Assembly: GCA_046484245.1 (NCBI GenBank)
Contig: JAWOBN010000044.1
Location: forward strand, 1-42,211
Reading direction: 5' to 3'
DNA from: a bacterium
Lineage (GTDB): Bacteria; Hydrothermota; 32-111
Length of the DNA stretch: 42,211 bases
In this document: piece after piece, positions 1 through 8,389 of the stretch
Position numbering within the stretch: the first letter of the stretch is position 1
Layout: each line of letters begins with the position of its first letter
Made by a program: the position numbers and the translations under genes
Notes under the pieces: model-generated
Database searches by the model: none
What the model was told of the DNA's origin: nothing
The model's input: only the letters and a program-made list of their open reading frames with translations

Positions 1-56
1 CAAAAACAGCAGCCGGAGGTGTCAAGCGATCTCCCGTCCAATACAGTGATGAGAAA

Positions 57-191
57 CCATGAAAGAACTGAAATCAGAGGAATTCACTTATTGCCCCACA
101 TGCTTATTCACCAGTCACCAGCATACCAGTCACAAGCCAATATCTCACTATACATTCTACACGCTCTATTCGCTCTACTCGTTCTATATCA
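57..191. repeat. Dispersed intergenic repeat element, copy 1 (inverted homolog at ~19804-19935)
   Basis: 105-136 TATTCACCAGTCACCAGCATACCAGTCACAAG is the exact reverse complement of 19858-19889. The flanking GAATTCACTTAT and degenerate 9-mer run (TTCTACACG CTCTATTCG CTCTACTCG TTCTATATC) are also shared. Confidence 0.9.
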
Positions 192-218
192 GTAGGGGTT
201 CAACAATTTGAACCCTAT
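192..218 (+). repeat. GTAG-type REP-like palindrome
   Basis: GTAGGGGTTCAA-CAAT-TTGAACCCTA: GTAG foot plus imperfect hairpin, the architecture of RAYT-associated REPs. Confidence 0.6.
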
Positions 219-257
219 ATCCAGTTGCAAGAAAACGGAATGATTAGCAGACCTAAT

Positions 258-290
258 CGTAATGCGTTATGCGTGGTGCGTAATGCGTAA
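258..290 (+). repeat. Degenerate heptamer tandem repeat (TAATGCG family)
   Basis: TAATGCG TTATGCG TGGTGCG TAATGCG; the same units occur at 19765-19800 and inverted at ~18728-18745. Confidence 0.8.
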
Positions 291-311
291 GGATTGTGAA
301 TAGCAGCCACA

Positions 312-411
312 GAGATTGCTTCGCGGATGCTTTTCAAGCAGGCCGAACTCGCAACGTCGGAACGTGGGCCAATAAGGAGATTGCCGCGTCGCTTTGCTCC
401 TCGCAACGACA
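312..411. repeat. Two REP/MITE-like palindromes of the GAGATTGC...CTCGCAACG type
   Basis: GAGATTGCTTCG...CTCGCAACG at 312-356 and GAGATTGCCGCGTCGCTTTGCTCCTCGCAACGACA at 377-411, resembling a widespread bacterial palindromic element family. Confidence 0.7.
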
Positions 412-425
412 AGACCCGGAGGCTG

Positions 426-453
426 CCGTCAGCCATCGGCCGGCGGCTGACGG
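426..453. repeat. GC-rich inverted repeat (hairpin)
   Basis: CCGTCAGCC (426-434) pairs with GGCTGACGG (445-453). Confidence 0.7.
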
Positions 454-492
454 TAAAATTATATGACAAGTTCACATAATTCGCCTAAGGGC

Positions 493-520
493 TTGACATA
501 TCGGGTATTTTGTATATTAT
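493..520 (+). promoter_or_regulatory. sigma70 promoter of rpsT
   Basis: TTGACA-16-TATTAT; SD AGGAGG at 541-546. Confidence 0.7.
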
Positions 521-551
521 ATTTAAGTTAAATTAATTACAGGAGGTATAT

Positions 552-800
552 TTGCCTACACATAAAGCTTTTAAGAAATCTATTGTCAAGAATGAAAAGA
601 GACGGATCAGGAATAAGGTACATAAGACAAAATTAAAGAATGTTTTCAAGCGTGCTGAGAAAGCAGAGAGTGAAGAGGAAAAGAAGAATCTGCTCAAAGA
701 GGGTTATAAGATCATTGATAAGGCATGCGCCCGTGATATAATCAAGAAGAATAAAGCTGCCAGAAAGAAATCCCAGTTAGCCAAAATACTATCCGTTTAA
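552..800 (+). CDS. rpsT: 30S ribosomal protein S20
   Basis: Basic 82 aa protein with N-terminal ..KRRIRNK and C-terminal IIKKNKAARKKSQL S20 signature; TTG start after AGGAGG. Confidence 0.95.
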   Translation: MPTHKAFKKSIVKNEKRRIRNKVHKTKLKNVFKRAEKAESEEEKKNLLKEGYKIIDKACARDIIKKNKAARKKSQLAKILSV

Positions 801-812
801 TTACCAGAGAAT

Positions 813-856
813 AAAAAAAAGAGGCATCATCTCTGATGCCTCTCTATTCATTTTTC
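813..856. terminator. Intrinsic terminator between convergent rpsT and tonB (likely bidirectional)
   Basis: A8-GAGGCATCA-TCTC-TGATGCCTC followed by T-rich sequence. Confidence 0.85.
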
Positions 857-872
857 CTTCTTAAATCAGATA

Positions 873-1499
873 TCAATCTTCAAGAGTGAAGTTCACAGGG
901 AATGTAACATAAGCCCTTACAGCAATATCCCTTGACATTGCAGGTGTAAACCTCATCTGATAGGCAGCACTGCGCGCTGCATCATCCAAGAGCGGGTGCA
1001 CTCCCCTGACAACCTTGACATTGGACACAGAACCGTCTTTTTCAACAACAAGTTCAAGGAATACAGTGCCTTCAATACCTAGCTGCTTGGCTGTCTCGGG
1101 ATAAGCCGGATCCACCATCTGAACAACCTGCGGGGCATCCTCATATACACGGTATATCTCGCCCTGTTCTTCTGTCAATGAAGGATCATCAAATGTTGTC
1201 TCAAAATCCACATCCTCTGTAACCTCTTCTTCTGATTCCGCCTCTGTAACCTTCTTCGGCAATTGGGGTTTCTTGATCTCCTTGGGCTCTTCAGGCTGTT
1301 TCATCATTTCATCAGGCAGTTTCTCCATCTCTGTCTCTTTGGCAGGTCCGGACATCTTGTAAGGACGCGGCTCAAATTTGGGAACTGTCTGGAACAACAC
1401 TATGAAAAGCACCAGTGAGAACAGTATGGATATCTTCAAAAACAAAGGGTACTTCCTCTTGATATCTTTCTTCTTCTTGTGCTCTTTTTTCTCATTCAT
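873..1499 (-). CDS. tonB: Energy transducer TonB family protein
   Basis: N-terminal TM anchor, Pro/Glu/Lys-rich linker, C-terminal PAYPETAKQLGIEGTVFLELVVEKDGSV TonB_C motif. Confidence 0.9.
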   Translation of the reverse strand: MNEKKEHKKKKDIKRKYPLFLKISILFSLVLFIVLFQTVPKFEPRPYKMSGPAKETEMEKLPDEMMKQPEEPKEIKKPQLPKKVTEAESEEEVTEDVDFETTFDDPSLTEEQGEIYRVYEDAPQVVQMVDPAYPETAKQLGIEGTVFLELVVEKDGSVSNVKVVRGVHPLLDDAARSAAYQMRFTPAMSRDIAVRAYVTFPVNFTLED

Positions 1500-1508
1500 A
1501 ATATCTCC

Positions 1509-1931
1509 TCACCTCACATCGCTTATCGTGCGGGCTGCAAGCGAAACCCTCAGGGCATTCGCCTTTATGAGCTGCCCGAATATGTCATTGGATATCCAGT
1601 ACGGTGTCTCCTTGTCTGACATCATAGAAACAATCATATTGGGGTCTATTCTCTTCTTTGTCTGCATAATTGCTTTGACATTGCCAATGGGGACAATTTT
1701 GTCATCAATACTGACAACACCCTTGTCTCCCCTGTATCCGACCCAGATATGCGATATATGCTTCAAGGATATCTTTTTCGCTGCATATGCTGACGGCAAT
1801 TCAACCTTCAAACCCTGTTCGGATTTGAATACTGTTGAGACCATAAAGAATATGAGAAGAAGAAACACAATATCCGATATGGAGGAGTCCGTTATTTTCG
1901 GTTGTTCCTTTTCAATCTTTTCAAAATGCAT
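1509..1931 (-). CDS. exbD: ExbD/TolR family protein
   Basis: SISDIVFLLLIFFMVST TM motif with conserved Asp. Confidence 0.92.
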   Translation of the reverse strand: MHFEKIEKEQPKITDSSISDIVFLLLIFFMVSTVFKSEQGLKVELPSAYAAKKISLKHISHIWVGYRGDKGVVSIDDKIVPIGNVKAIMQTKKRIDPNMIVSMMSDKETPYWISNDIFGQLIKANALRVSLAARTISDVR

Positions 1932-1939
1932 TATTCCTC

Positions 1940-2395
1940 CTATTCTTCATCATCTTCTGCAGGAGAAAGGCTGATTCTTTCCTTCTCCCCCGTTTCTTCA
2001 AAGGCAATCTTAAGCTGGTCAAATGTCCTGACCATATATTCATACTTGGCTGAACGGGTGGGGATTATTGAAAATATCAGTTTATTCTCTTCATCCTGAT
2101 TGAGGATCTCAATGGTCTTGTCGGAAACATCCTGCCAGTCAACAGGCACTGTAATCTCTTCACCATCAACATAATAATGCATATTGACATTGCCCATTTT
2201 GTCAATTCTGACCTTGACAATATCCTTGCTCTTGACCTTCACTTCCTCTTTTGATTCCTCAGGCAGAATTATCTGCAGACCCATTTCATTGTTGAATACA
2301 GTAGTTACAAGGAAAAAGATAAGCAGGAGAAACACAATGTCACCCATTGATGTTGTCGGTATATCTGTAGATGCCTGCATCTTTTTACGTTTCAT
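1940..2395 (-). CDS. exbD: ExbD/TolR family protein (second paralog)
   Basis: SMGDIVFLLLIFFLVTT motif. Confidence 0.92.
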   Translation of the reverse strand: MKRKKMQASTDIPTTSMGDIVFLLLIFFLVTTVFNNEMGLQIILPEESKEEVKVKSKDIVKVRIDKMGNVNMHYYVDGEEITVPVDWQDVSDKTIEILNQDEENKLIFSIIPTRSAKYEYMVRTFDQLKIAFEETGEKERISLSPAEDDEE

Positions 2396-2409
2396 ATTAT
2401 AACTCCGTA

Positions 2410-3036
2410 TTATTCCTCAACTACTTCCATCTGAAGGAGCAGTTCAATTATTGAATTAGAAGCCTCTTCCATGGATCTCGTGTAATTATTGATCAGTGTG
2501 CTGAAAAGCACATGTGCTGCTGCTGTCGGTATTGCTATTGCAAGACCGGTCATTGTTGTGATTAGCGCCTGTGAGATACCGCTTGCAACAAGCTTCGGTT
2601 CAACAGTGCCTGCAAGTGCAATTGCATCAAATGCAGCGACCATGCCTGCTACAGTGCCCAAAAATCCCATCATGGGAGCAAGCTGAACAACAGCTGCCAG
2701 AGGAGCCATGCCTCTGTCAAGGAATGCCAGTTCCTTGACTCCTGCTTTGGCTATTGCCTCTTCCAGAAGGTCTTTGTCCTTGCCGACATACTGGAATTCA
2801 ACCAGTACTGCTTCCATTATTCTCGCAATGGGGCTGGATGATTCCGCACAGTATTCCACTGCAGGTTCAATTCCCTCTGTCTCAATGATTTCATGCAGCC
2901 TGTCTGCAAATGCTGCGGGGTTTCTCTTGAGAATCAGGAATGTTATTATCCTTTCTACTATGAAAATTAAAGCAACAATTGCTGCACTGAGCAGGAACCA
3001 CATGGCCCAACCGCCTCTTTGGAAAAAATCTAACAC
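2410..3036 (-). CDS. exbB: MotA/TolQ/ExbB proton channel family protein
   Basis: APMMGFLGTVAGM and GISQALITTMTGLAIAIP motifs; GTG start after AGGAGG. Confidence 0.93.
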   Translation of the reverse strand: MLDFFQRGGWAMWFLLSAAIVALIFIVERIITFLILKRNPAAFADRLHEIIETEGIEPAVEYCAESSSPIARIMEAVLVEFQYVGKDKDLLEEAIAKAGVKELAFLDRGMAPLAAVVQLAPMMGFLGTVAGMVAAFDAIALAGTVEPKLVASGISQALITTMTGLAIAIPTAAAHVLFSTLINNYTRSMEEASNSIIELLLQMEVVEE

Positions 3037-3091
3037 ATCGTCCTCCTGTTTTTAATTTAATCCAATATTCTTTTGTCAAATTATCTATTTA

Positions 3092-3119
3092 ATTATAAGC
3101 AATTAATCGTCATTGTCAA
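3092..3119 (-). promoter_or_regulatory. Consensus sigma70 promoter of exbB-exbD-exbD-tonB
   Basis: Minus strand TTGACA-16-TATAAT. Confidence 0.8.
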
Positions 3120-3123
3120 TACT

Positions 3124-3474
3124 TTAGGTGCTTGTCCACCTGAAATAAATCAGTGATGCCAGTATGGTGAATATGCCTGCAGTGAGAATCATCAGTGACT
3201 CCATTGTGCCGACCTTCATTGTTGTAGCAATGAGAGGCAGTATTTCATAAGGTGTACTTGTTGCCAGTGCAGGGAAATATTTTGCAAGCTTGAATATATG
3301 AATGACTGCTCCTATGAGCATCAGTATGCTCCCGATTATCGGCAATACCCATATACCCTTATGCTTTATTATGCGAAGAAGACGCCTGATTATCCATCCT
3401 GCTATGAAGAGGGACATGGCAAACAGTATTATGCCTATTATAAAGATGATCTCTGCCGGAAATATTATTCTCAT
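3124..3474 (-). CDS. Small ~3-TM membrane protein, unknown function
   Basis: 116 aa hydrophobic ORF, ATGA overlap with the upstream gene, SD AGGAGG. Confidence 0.8.
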   Translation of the reverse strand: MRIIFPAEIIFIIGIILFAMSLFIAGWIIRRLLRIIKHKGIWVLPIIGSILMLIGAVIHIFKLAKYFPALATSTPYEILPLIATTMKVGTMESLMILTAGIFTILASLIYFRWTST

Positions 3475-3860
3475 TTTCCACCTCCCTTATGGGGTTTCAC
3501 TACATTGTAGAACCTGTATGCGCCAATAAGTGAGAGCAGTCCGGATAATGCAAAGAATATATAACCTGCCCATGTCTGAGCATCAGTCATCTTGAGATTA
3601 CCCACAATGAGAAGAGAATATGCCTGAATCACAGCATAGATGAGAATTCCGGACGGGGCTATCATTATGAACTGCCAGTTTGTCTTCTTCATCAGCACCT
3701 GTTCATATCTCTTGGCAATTATTGCAAAGAAAACAAGAGCAAGCCAGAGAATAATTGCTCCTGCTATTGTAAATATACTGGATATGAATTTCCAGTTATT
3801 CACATACTGCGGTATTCCGCTTTGCTGAAACAATTCAGCAACAACTAACATTTTCAACAT
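3471..3860 (-). CDS. Small ~3-TM membrane protein, unknown function (similar layout to 3124-3474)
   Basis: 129 aa, three hydrophobic segments, SD GGAGG. Confidence 0.8.
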   Translation of the reverse strand: MLKMLVVAELFQQSGIPQYVNNWKFISSIFTIAGAIILWLALVFFAIIAKRYEQVLMKKTNWQFIMIAPSGILIYAVIQAYSLLIVGNLKMTDAQTWAGYIFFALSGLLSLIGAYRFYNVVKPHKGGGK

Positions 3861-3870
3861 ACTGCCTCCA

Positions 3871-4521
3871 TTATCCTGATATTCCGGATTTAATTTTATC
3901 TATCATTTCCTCTGCATGGGATGGACCGATTATAAGTGATGATGATTTATTGAGTTTTTTCAGTAATTCATCTATCTTATCTGCAGTAGGATTGTCTTTA
4001 TCAATCTTGACCTGGTCCATGAGATTAGACAGAATATCACCGGCAAAATCCTCCAGATACTCCTCTGCTATTTTTTCAATATTACCTACTGTGCTGCTGT
4101 CAAGCACATAACCGGCTGACGGTTTCTCTGCAGGCTCGTCTGCTGCTGCTTCCTCTTCCTTCTTGCTCTTTATCTTTATCTTCTTCCTCTCAGCGGCTTC
4201 CGGCTGCTTCTCCTCTTCTTTCTTCTCCTCTTCCTTCTTCTCCTCAATAATTGCAATCTCAGCAGTATCAATTGGTACATTCAGACCGTAAATGCCTGTT
4301 TCAGTAAAGACAAAGACAATCTTGGAATTGTCAGATGCAAATTCAATGTATTGAGGCATATCAATCTCTGCTGCATCTATTGACTGTTTCAATACAACTA
4401 TCATCTGCTTTATTGTTTTGCTCTCAGGTGCATTGTCACCGCTTGCCTGAGTCAATTCACCTTCATTGTAGAACACATAGTCGGCACTGTATCTGCTTTG
4501 TAATGCTTCCAGATTCACCAT
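3871..4521 (-). CDS. Hypothetical protein: possible Roadblock/longin-like N-domain, charged linker, helical C-domain
   Basis: 216 aa; N-terminal alpha/beta pattern (..QYIEFASDNSKIVFVFTETGIYGL), EEKK linker; fold call tentative. Confidence 0.6.
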   Translation of the reverse strand: MVNLEALQSRYSADYVFYNEGELTQASGDNAPESKTIKQMIVVLKQSIDAAEIDMPQYIEFASDNSKIVFVFTETGIYGLNVPIDTAEIAIIEEKKEEEKKEEEKQPEAAERKKIKIKSKKEEEAAADEPAEKPSAGYVLDSSTVGNIEKIAEEYLEDFAGDILSNLMDQVKIDKDNPTADKIDELLKKLNKSSSLIIGPSHAEEMIDKIKSGISG

Positions 4522-4524
4522 AAA

Positions 4525-5280
4525 TTATCCCCTGATTTTATTTAATTTGGCAATCACACTCTGAACCTTTTCCTTGGCTGTTTTCGGACCGAATTCCTTT
4601 ACTGCTGATTTGCAGAGTGAATCAATAATTGCTTTGGAATCTTCCTGTATTTCCCTGCGCGAGATATCCTCTTTGATGACATCCTTCAGTTTCAGGTTAT
4701 CATCTCCGTCAAATTCAATGCAATTGCATATCTTGTCAAGAGAATCAAGACTTGATTTGATGTCTGCAATCCATTTCCCCTTATTGCCGTCAGCTGAGAA
4801 TTCCTCAACAAGGAAATTGATCTGTGTTATCTTATTATTGAACATCTGCTTTTCAGCTTCAGAGAGTGTTTCCTCTTCTTCCTCAATACTTTCTGCTGCT
4901 TCCATCAGGTCATCAATATCACTCTCGGATTCTCCACTGTCTTCAGGTGTCTCTTCAACTGCCCCGGCCAGGTCTGCATATTTTGCAAAAACATCAGACG
5001 GTTTGGTATAGGATTCAAATTCCAATGCGAGGAAATTGCTGTCAGTATTGATTATTATGATGAATGGTTCGGTCTTCACAGTAATGTAATTGAGTTTATC
5101 AATAGCAGTCTTCTCCCGTATTATCTCGCCTGCAGAACCGAGGAATGCTCCGGTATCATTGAGCAATGCATTGGTCTCGCCGAATTTCTCAACAACTTCG
5201 CCGTCTTCCTTATTGAGAAGCACTGCATTCTTCAGATCCGTGCCCTCTTTTATGGAATCAATCATCTCCGTAAAGTTCAT
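4525..5280 (-). CDS. Roadblock/LC7-like domain protein with acidic linker and helical C-domain
   Basis: MIDSIKEGTDLKNAVLLNKEDGEVV..GAFLGSAGE..LNYITVKTEPFIIII resembles the Roadblock/MglB pattern. Confidence 0.6.
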   Translation of the reverse strand: MNFTEMIDSIKEGTDLKNAVLLNKEDGEVVEKFGETNALLNDTGAFLGSAGEIIREKTAIDKLNYITVKTEPFIIIINTDSNFLALEFESYTKPSDVFAKYADLAGAVEETPEDSGESESDIDDLMEAAESIEEEEETLSEAEKQMFNNKITQINFLVEEFSADGNKGKWIADIKSSLDSLDKICNCIEFDGDDNLKLKDVIKEDISRREIQEDSKAIIDSLCKSAVKEFGPKTAKEKVQSVIAKLNKIRG

Positions 5281-6149
5281 TTACTCTCCCCTTCTATTCT
5301 CATGAGTTCCTTGTACTTTTTGCCTGCAATCATATTGCCAAGTTCCTGTTTCGCTTTATCCTTTGAATTATTATACAGAACATCCTTGATTTTATCAATA
5401 TTCTCTTTTGTCAGTATTTTGGCTGCATCACTGCTCACTGATATCCTGTCATCAGTGAACTCTATCATGCCGGACACAGTTTCATAATCGGATGAGTCAA
5501 GTGTGCTCTTTAGGAATTCATACCAGTCCTTTGAATTGGTCCCCTTCACAGAAAACACATCCAGAATATTGTTCAATGCCCTTTCCAGGTCATTTATGAG
5601 TCTTTCGGAAACTGTCTTGTCAAATATCAGCCCCTTCTCAAGCAGCCATTCCAGTGACTGACAAGCCACAAGAATCGGCAGATTGCTGTCTTTAATAATC
5701 TGATTGATATCGCGCTTGCCATTAACCAGCCTGATAATTGTCCAGTCCGTCTTCCTCAGAGCAACATCCTCTTTGACACCTTCAGCTCTCTTTTCCAGTA
5801 CCGCATCAAATGGAGGAAGGCTGCTCATTATCTTATCAAATTCAATCTTTCTCTTCTCAATATTATGTATCAGCCCGGCAGTTTCTTCAGCCTCTATTGT
5901 ATGTTCCCTGATTGTATCGCCATTACTGTAGCTTATGGTTCCGCGTCCTACTACAGCAAGATTATAGATGGCTTCTATGCCGGATGTCTTCTTGTATTCA
6001 GCATGCACGGGAACCCCTTCATCAAAATAAATCACACCCTTGTCATCATTATGAGAAACAAATGTGAGTGAGCCCGTGCGGGCGCCTGATGCAATAAGAT
6101 TGATTATTTCAACTGCAGAAAAAACTCCCAGATTTGCATCCAAATCCAT
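5277..6149 (-). CDS. DUF4388 (PATAN-like) domain protein
   Basis: LGVFSAVEIINLIASGARTGSLTF..GVIYFDEGVPVHA..GIEAIY signature; central wHTH-like DWTIIRLVNGKRDINQII..LLEKGLI. Confidence 0.8.
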   Translation of the reverse strand: MDLDANLGVFSAVEIINLIASGARTGSLTFVSHNDDKGVIYFDEGVPVHAEYKKTSGIEAIYNLAVVGRGTISYSNGDTIREHTIEAEETAGLIHNIEKRKIEFDKIMSSLPPFDAVLEKRAEGVKEDVALRKTDWTIIRLVNGKRDINQIIKDSNLPILVACQSLEWLLEKGLIFDKTVSERLINDLERALNNILDVFSVKGTNSKDWYEFLKSTLDSSDYETVSGMIEFTDDRISVSSDAAKILTKENIDKIKDVLYNNSKDKAKQELGNMIAGKKYKELMRIEGESK

Positions 6150-6908
6150 CTATCTCCTCCTGAGGTGTTCATTACTCTTATATTTATCAATCAATTCAAG
6201 ATACCTTTTATCCGAGAAATCAAAGTCAAATTCCTTCCAGTCATATGTGAATGATTCCCGGAATGCCCGGTAGAAATTATCGGATAATTCTTCTATATTA
6301 TAAGGTATATCGGTAATTTTTTCAATATTATATAATTCTATTCTATTGCCGAACACTGCGCCTGCAGCAGGGCAGTCATTGACAAGTATTGACCCCTGCT
6401 GGAGAAATCTGTCCTGCATGAATGTCTGGGCACTGCCCAGGATCTTTCTCCCTTTGAGGGATAACTCATATAGAGAGGCGGAGTCAAAACAATTTGCACC
6501 ATACGGTTTTTCACTCTCACCCTCATTGACCTCAACATCAATGCCGGCACTCTCAAAGCCCTTGATAAAGCCCTCTGCCAGTTTCCGGTACCGCGCCTTC
6601 AGGGAGTTTTCCTCAATGCTCTCATTAAAATTCGGGTAGTTTGAAGAGAATGAATATGTCAGGTCCCCGCAGTGCGGGACAGTCCTGCCCCCTGTTATTC
6701 TTCTGGCAACAGGAATATTATTGTTTTCAATATAACCTATGTCACAGCTCCTTGAATATTTCTGATTATAACCTATTGTCAGTGACAGTTCATTGAAACT
6801 GTAGAATCTGAGGCTCGGATTATCCGTGTATCTGTACATGAATTCATCAACAGCCATATTGGAATAGACATCCATATTCATAAACGGCAGAAAATACGCT
6901 TCTGTCAT
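6150..6908 (-). CDS. Lipoate-protein ligase family protein, LipM-like octanoyltransferase
   Basis: NMAVDE, RRITGGRTVPH, NCF, KILGSAQ motifs; 252 aa, lacks the LplA C-terminal domain. Confidence 0.85.
   Translation of the reverse strand: MTEAYFLPFMNMDVYSNMAVDEFMYRYTDNPSLRFYSFNELSLTIGYNQKYSRSCDIGYIENNNIPVARRITGGRTVPHCGDLTYSFSSNYPNFNESIEENSLKARYRKLAEGFIKGFESAGIDVEVNEGESEKPYGANCFDSASLYELSLKGRKILGSAQTFMQDRFLQQGSILVNDCPAAGAVFGNRIELYNIEKITDIPYNIEELSDNFYRAFRESFTYDWKEFDFDFSDKRYLELIDKYKSNEHLRRR
6297..6325 (-). promoter_or_regulatory. Putative internal sigma70 promoter inside the ligase gene, upstream of the DUF4388 gene
   Basis: Minus strand TTGAAA-17-TATAAT within an AT-rich patch. Confidence 0.55.
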
Positions 6909-6909
6909 C

Positions 6910-7536
6910 CTATCCCTTTGAGAAAATGGGGACTATCCAGTCATATATGAGAAAATAGAATCTCCCTATGAGGAGTGATATCCTCGCCATCACAGTATAT
7001 CCGAATGATGCGCCGAAGGCAATCATAATGAATGTTATGCCTATCCGGGAACCGACCTTGAGCATACCCTTATGCTCCTTGGAGAAATAGAAATAGACCA
7101 GTGTGGTGATGACGCCTATTATTATTATCAGATTATTCAGTGTGAGCATATTCATTCCCGTAAGGGGCAGTATTGTTGCCCTGACCTGGGGAATGAGGAA
7201 CCCCTGTATATAACCGGTCACACCGAGTCCTGCGCCAATGCCGACAGTGAATGCAATGGACCACCTGGAGAGCCAGGCTATCTTGGGGAACCATCTGGAG
7301 AGCATTATAATGCCGAAGAAAGCCGGGACAATAAGCACAAACTCCTGATTGGTCTTTATCGGTTCTATGAGCATCGGCTCTATTACATAGGCATATGTAT
7401 AGACAAGCCAGTATCCTGCAGAAATACCCACATAGAGAGACTCTGCAAATTTATAGAAAGGATTGTCCTTGTACAGGAAAGAGTATATGCAGAGCGTCAG
7501 TGCTGCTGCCAGCCAGACACCTAATGTTGGTCCCAT
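6910..7536 (-). CDS. Module subunit D2: multi-TM membrane protein (paralog of 10252-10857)
   Basis: YSFLYKDNPFYKFAE, ITTLVYFYFSKEHKG, FGASFGYTVMARISLLIGR shared with D1. Confidence 0.88.
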   Translation of the reverse strand: MGPTLGVWLAAALTLCIYSFLYKDNPFYKFAESLYVGISAGYWLVYTYAYVIEPMLIEPIKTNQEFVLIVPAFFGIIMLSRWFPKIAWLSRWSIAFTVGIGAGLGVTGYIQGFLIPQVRATILPLTGMNMLTLNNLIIIIGVITTLVYFYFSKEHKGMLKVGSRIGITFIMIAFGASFGYTVMARISLLIGRFYFLIYDWIVPIFSKG

Positions 7537-8378
7537 TATTTGCCTCCTAATGTTTTGCCTTTATCTCTCTTCTCAAAGAAATAAGCAATATTACCCAGTA
7601 TAATAAATACAATTATCAGAATATGCACGAATGACTGTGCCGCCATGCCTGCGACAGCCACATCAGGGTGGTCTATGAGGGTTTCATAGTCAGCTGAGCC
7701 CTTCATGCCCCCGACAAGCCCCTCTATCTGTCCTGACTGATAGAAGAAATATGCATCAGGAGCTGAGACTGCTGTAAGTGCCAGTATTATTCTCTGATTA
7801 TACCTGGCTCCTGCATACTGCACCCAGATATTGCCTGTTGCACCTGCCTCCAGCCCCACCAGTATGTCTATATCATCATAATTGTGTATGTCATTCATCA
7901 CAGGGAAGGAGTCAATGGGGTCTCCCTTATAGTCAGTTATAAAATAATCCCTTATCTCCTTGCCAATACCTACAATCTGGGCAGTATAACCGGGCCTGTA
8001 CCCGAGATTGATATAATCAACACCGTATTCAACATCAAATTCAGCTGCTATCTTCTCCATTGCCCTGGTGCCGAGGGGTGCGCCCAATTGCCACTGTACA
8101 AGCATAATGGGATTGAGCTCCTTCTTGAAACAGTGTCTCAGCAATGCCTCAAGAAATGGCTGAAGCTCAGGCATTGATGCTGCATCATAGTCAACTGAGA
8201 TCATCACATTATCGCCTGCAGATAAAGAATCCACTGCTTTATATGCATCAATTACCGGCTGTTTGGGAACTACGGGGAACTGGGGCCTGAACAACAGGGG
8301 CAATGCTACAACGAGTGCTATGATAACAAAGAGATACCGCCTGTCAATTGCTGTTAATTTCTTTATAATATTATTCAT
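7536..8378 (-). CDS. Module subunit C2: membrane-anchored protein (paralog of 10859-11725)
   Basis: ISVDYDAASMPELQP, SGQIEGLVGGMKGSADYE, AQSFVH..ILGNIAYF shared with C1. Confidence 0.88.
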   Translation of the reverse strand: MNNIIKKLTAIDRRYLFVIIALVVALPLLFRPQFPVVPKQPVIDAYKAVDSLSAGDNVMISVDYDAASMPELQPFLEALLRHCFKKELNPIMLVQWQLGAPLGTRAMEKIAAEFDVEYGVDYINLGYRPGYTAQIVGIGKEIRDYFITDYKGDPIDSFPVMNDIHNYDDIDILVGLEAGATGNIWVQYAGARYNQRIILALTAVSAPDAYFFYQSGQIEGLVGGMKGSADYETLIDHPDVAVAGMAAQSFVHILIIVFIILGNIAYFFEKRDKGKTLGGK

Positions 8379-8389
8379 ATAAATACTCC

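Noticed and set aside
215..475. 86-aa ORF on the minus strand
   Set aside because: Translation is made of repeat-derived peptides (SLRGAKRRGNL, YALRTTHNALR); likely spurious
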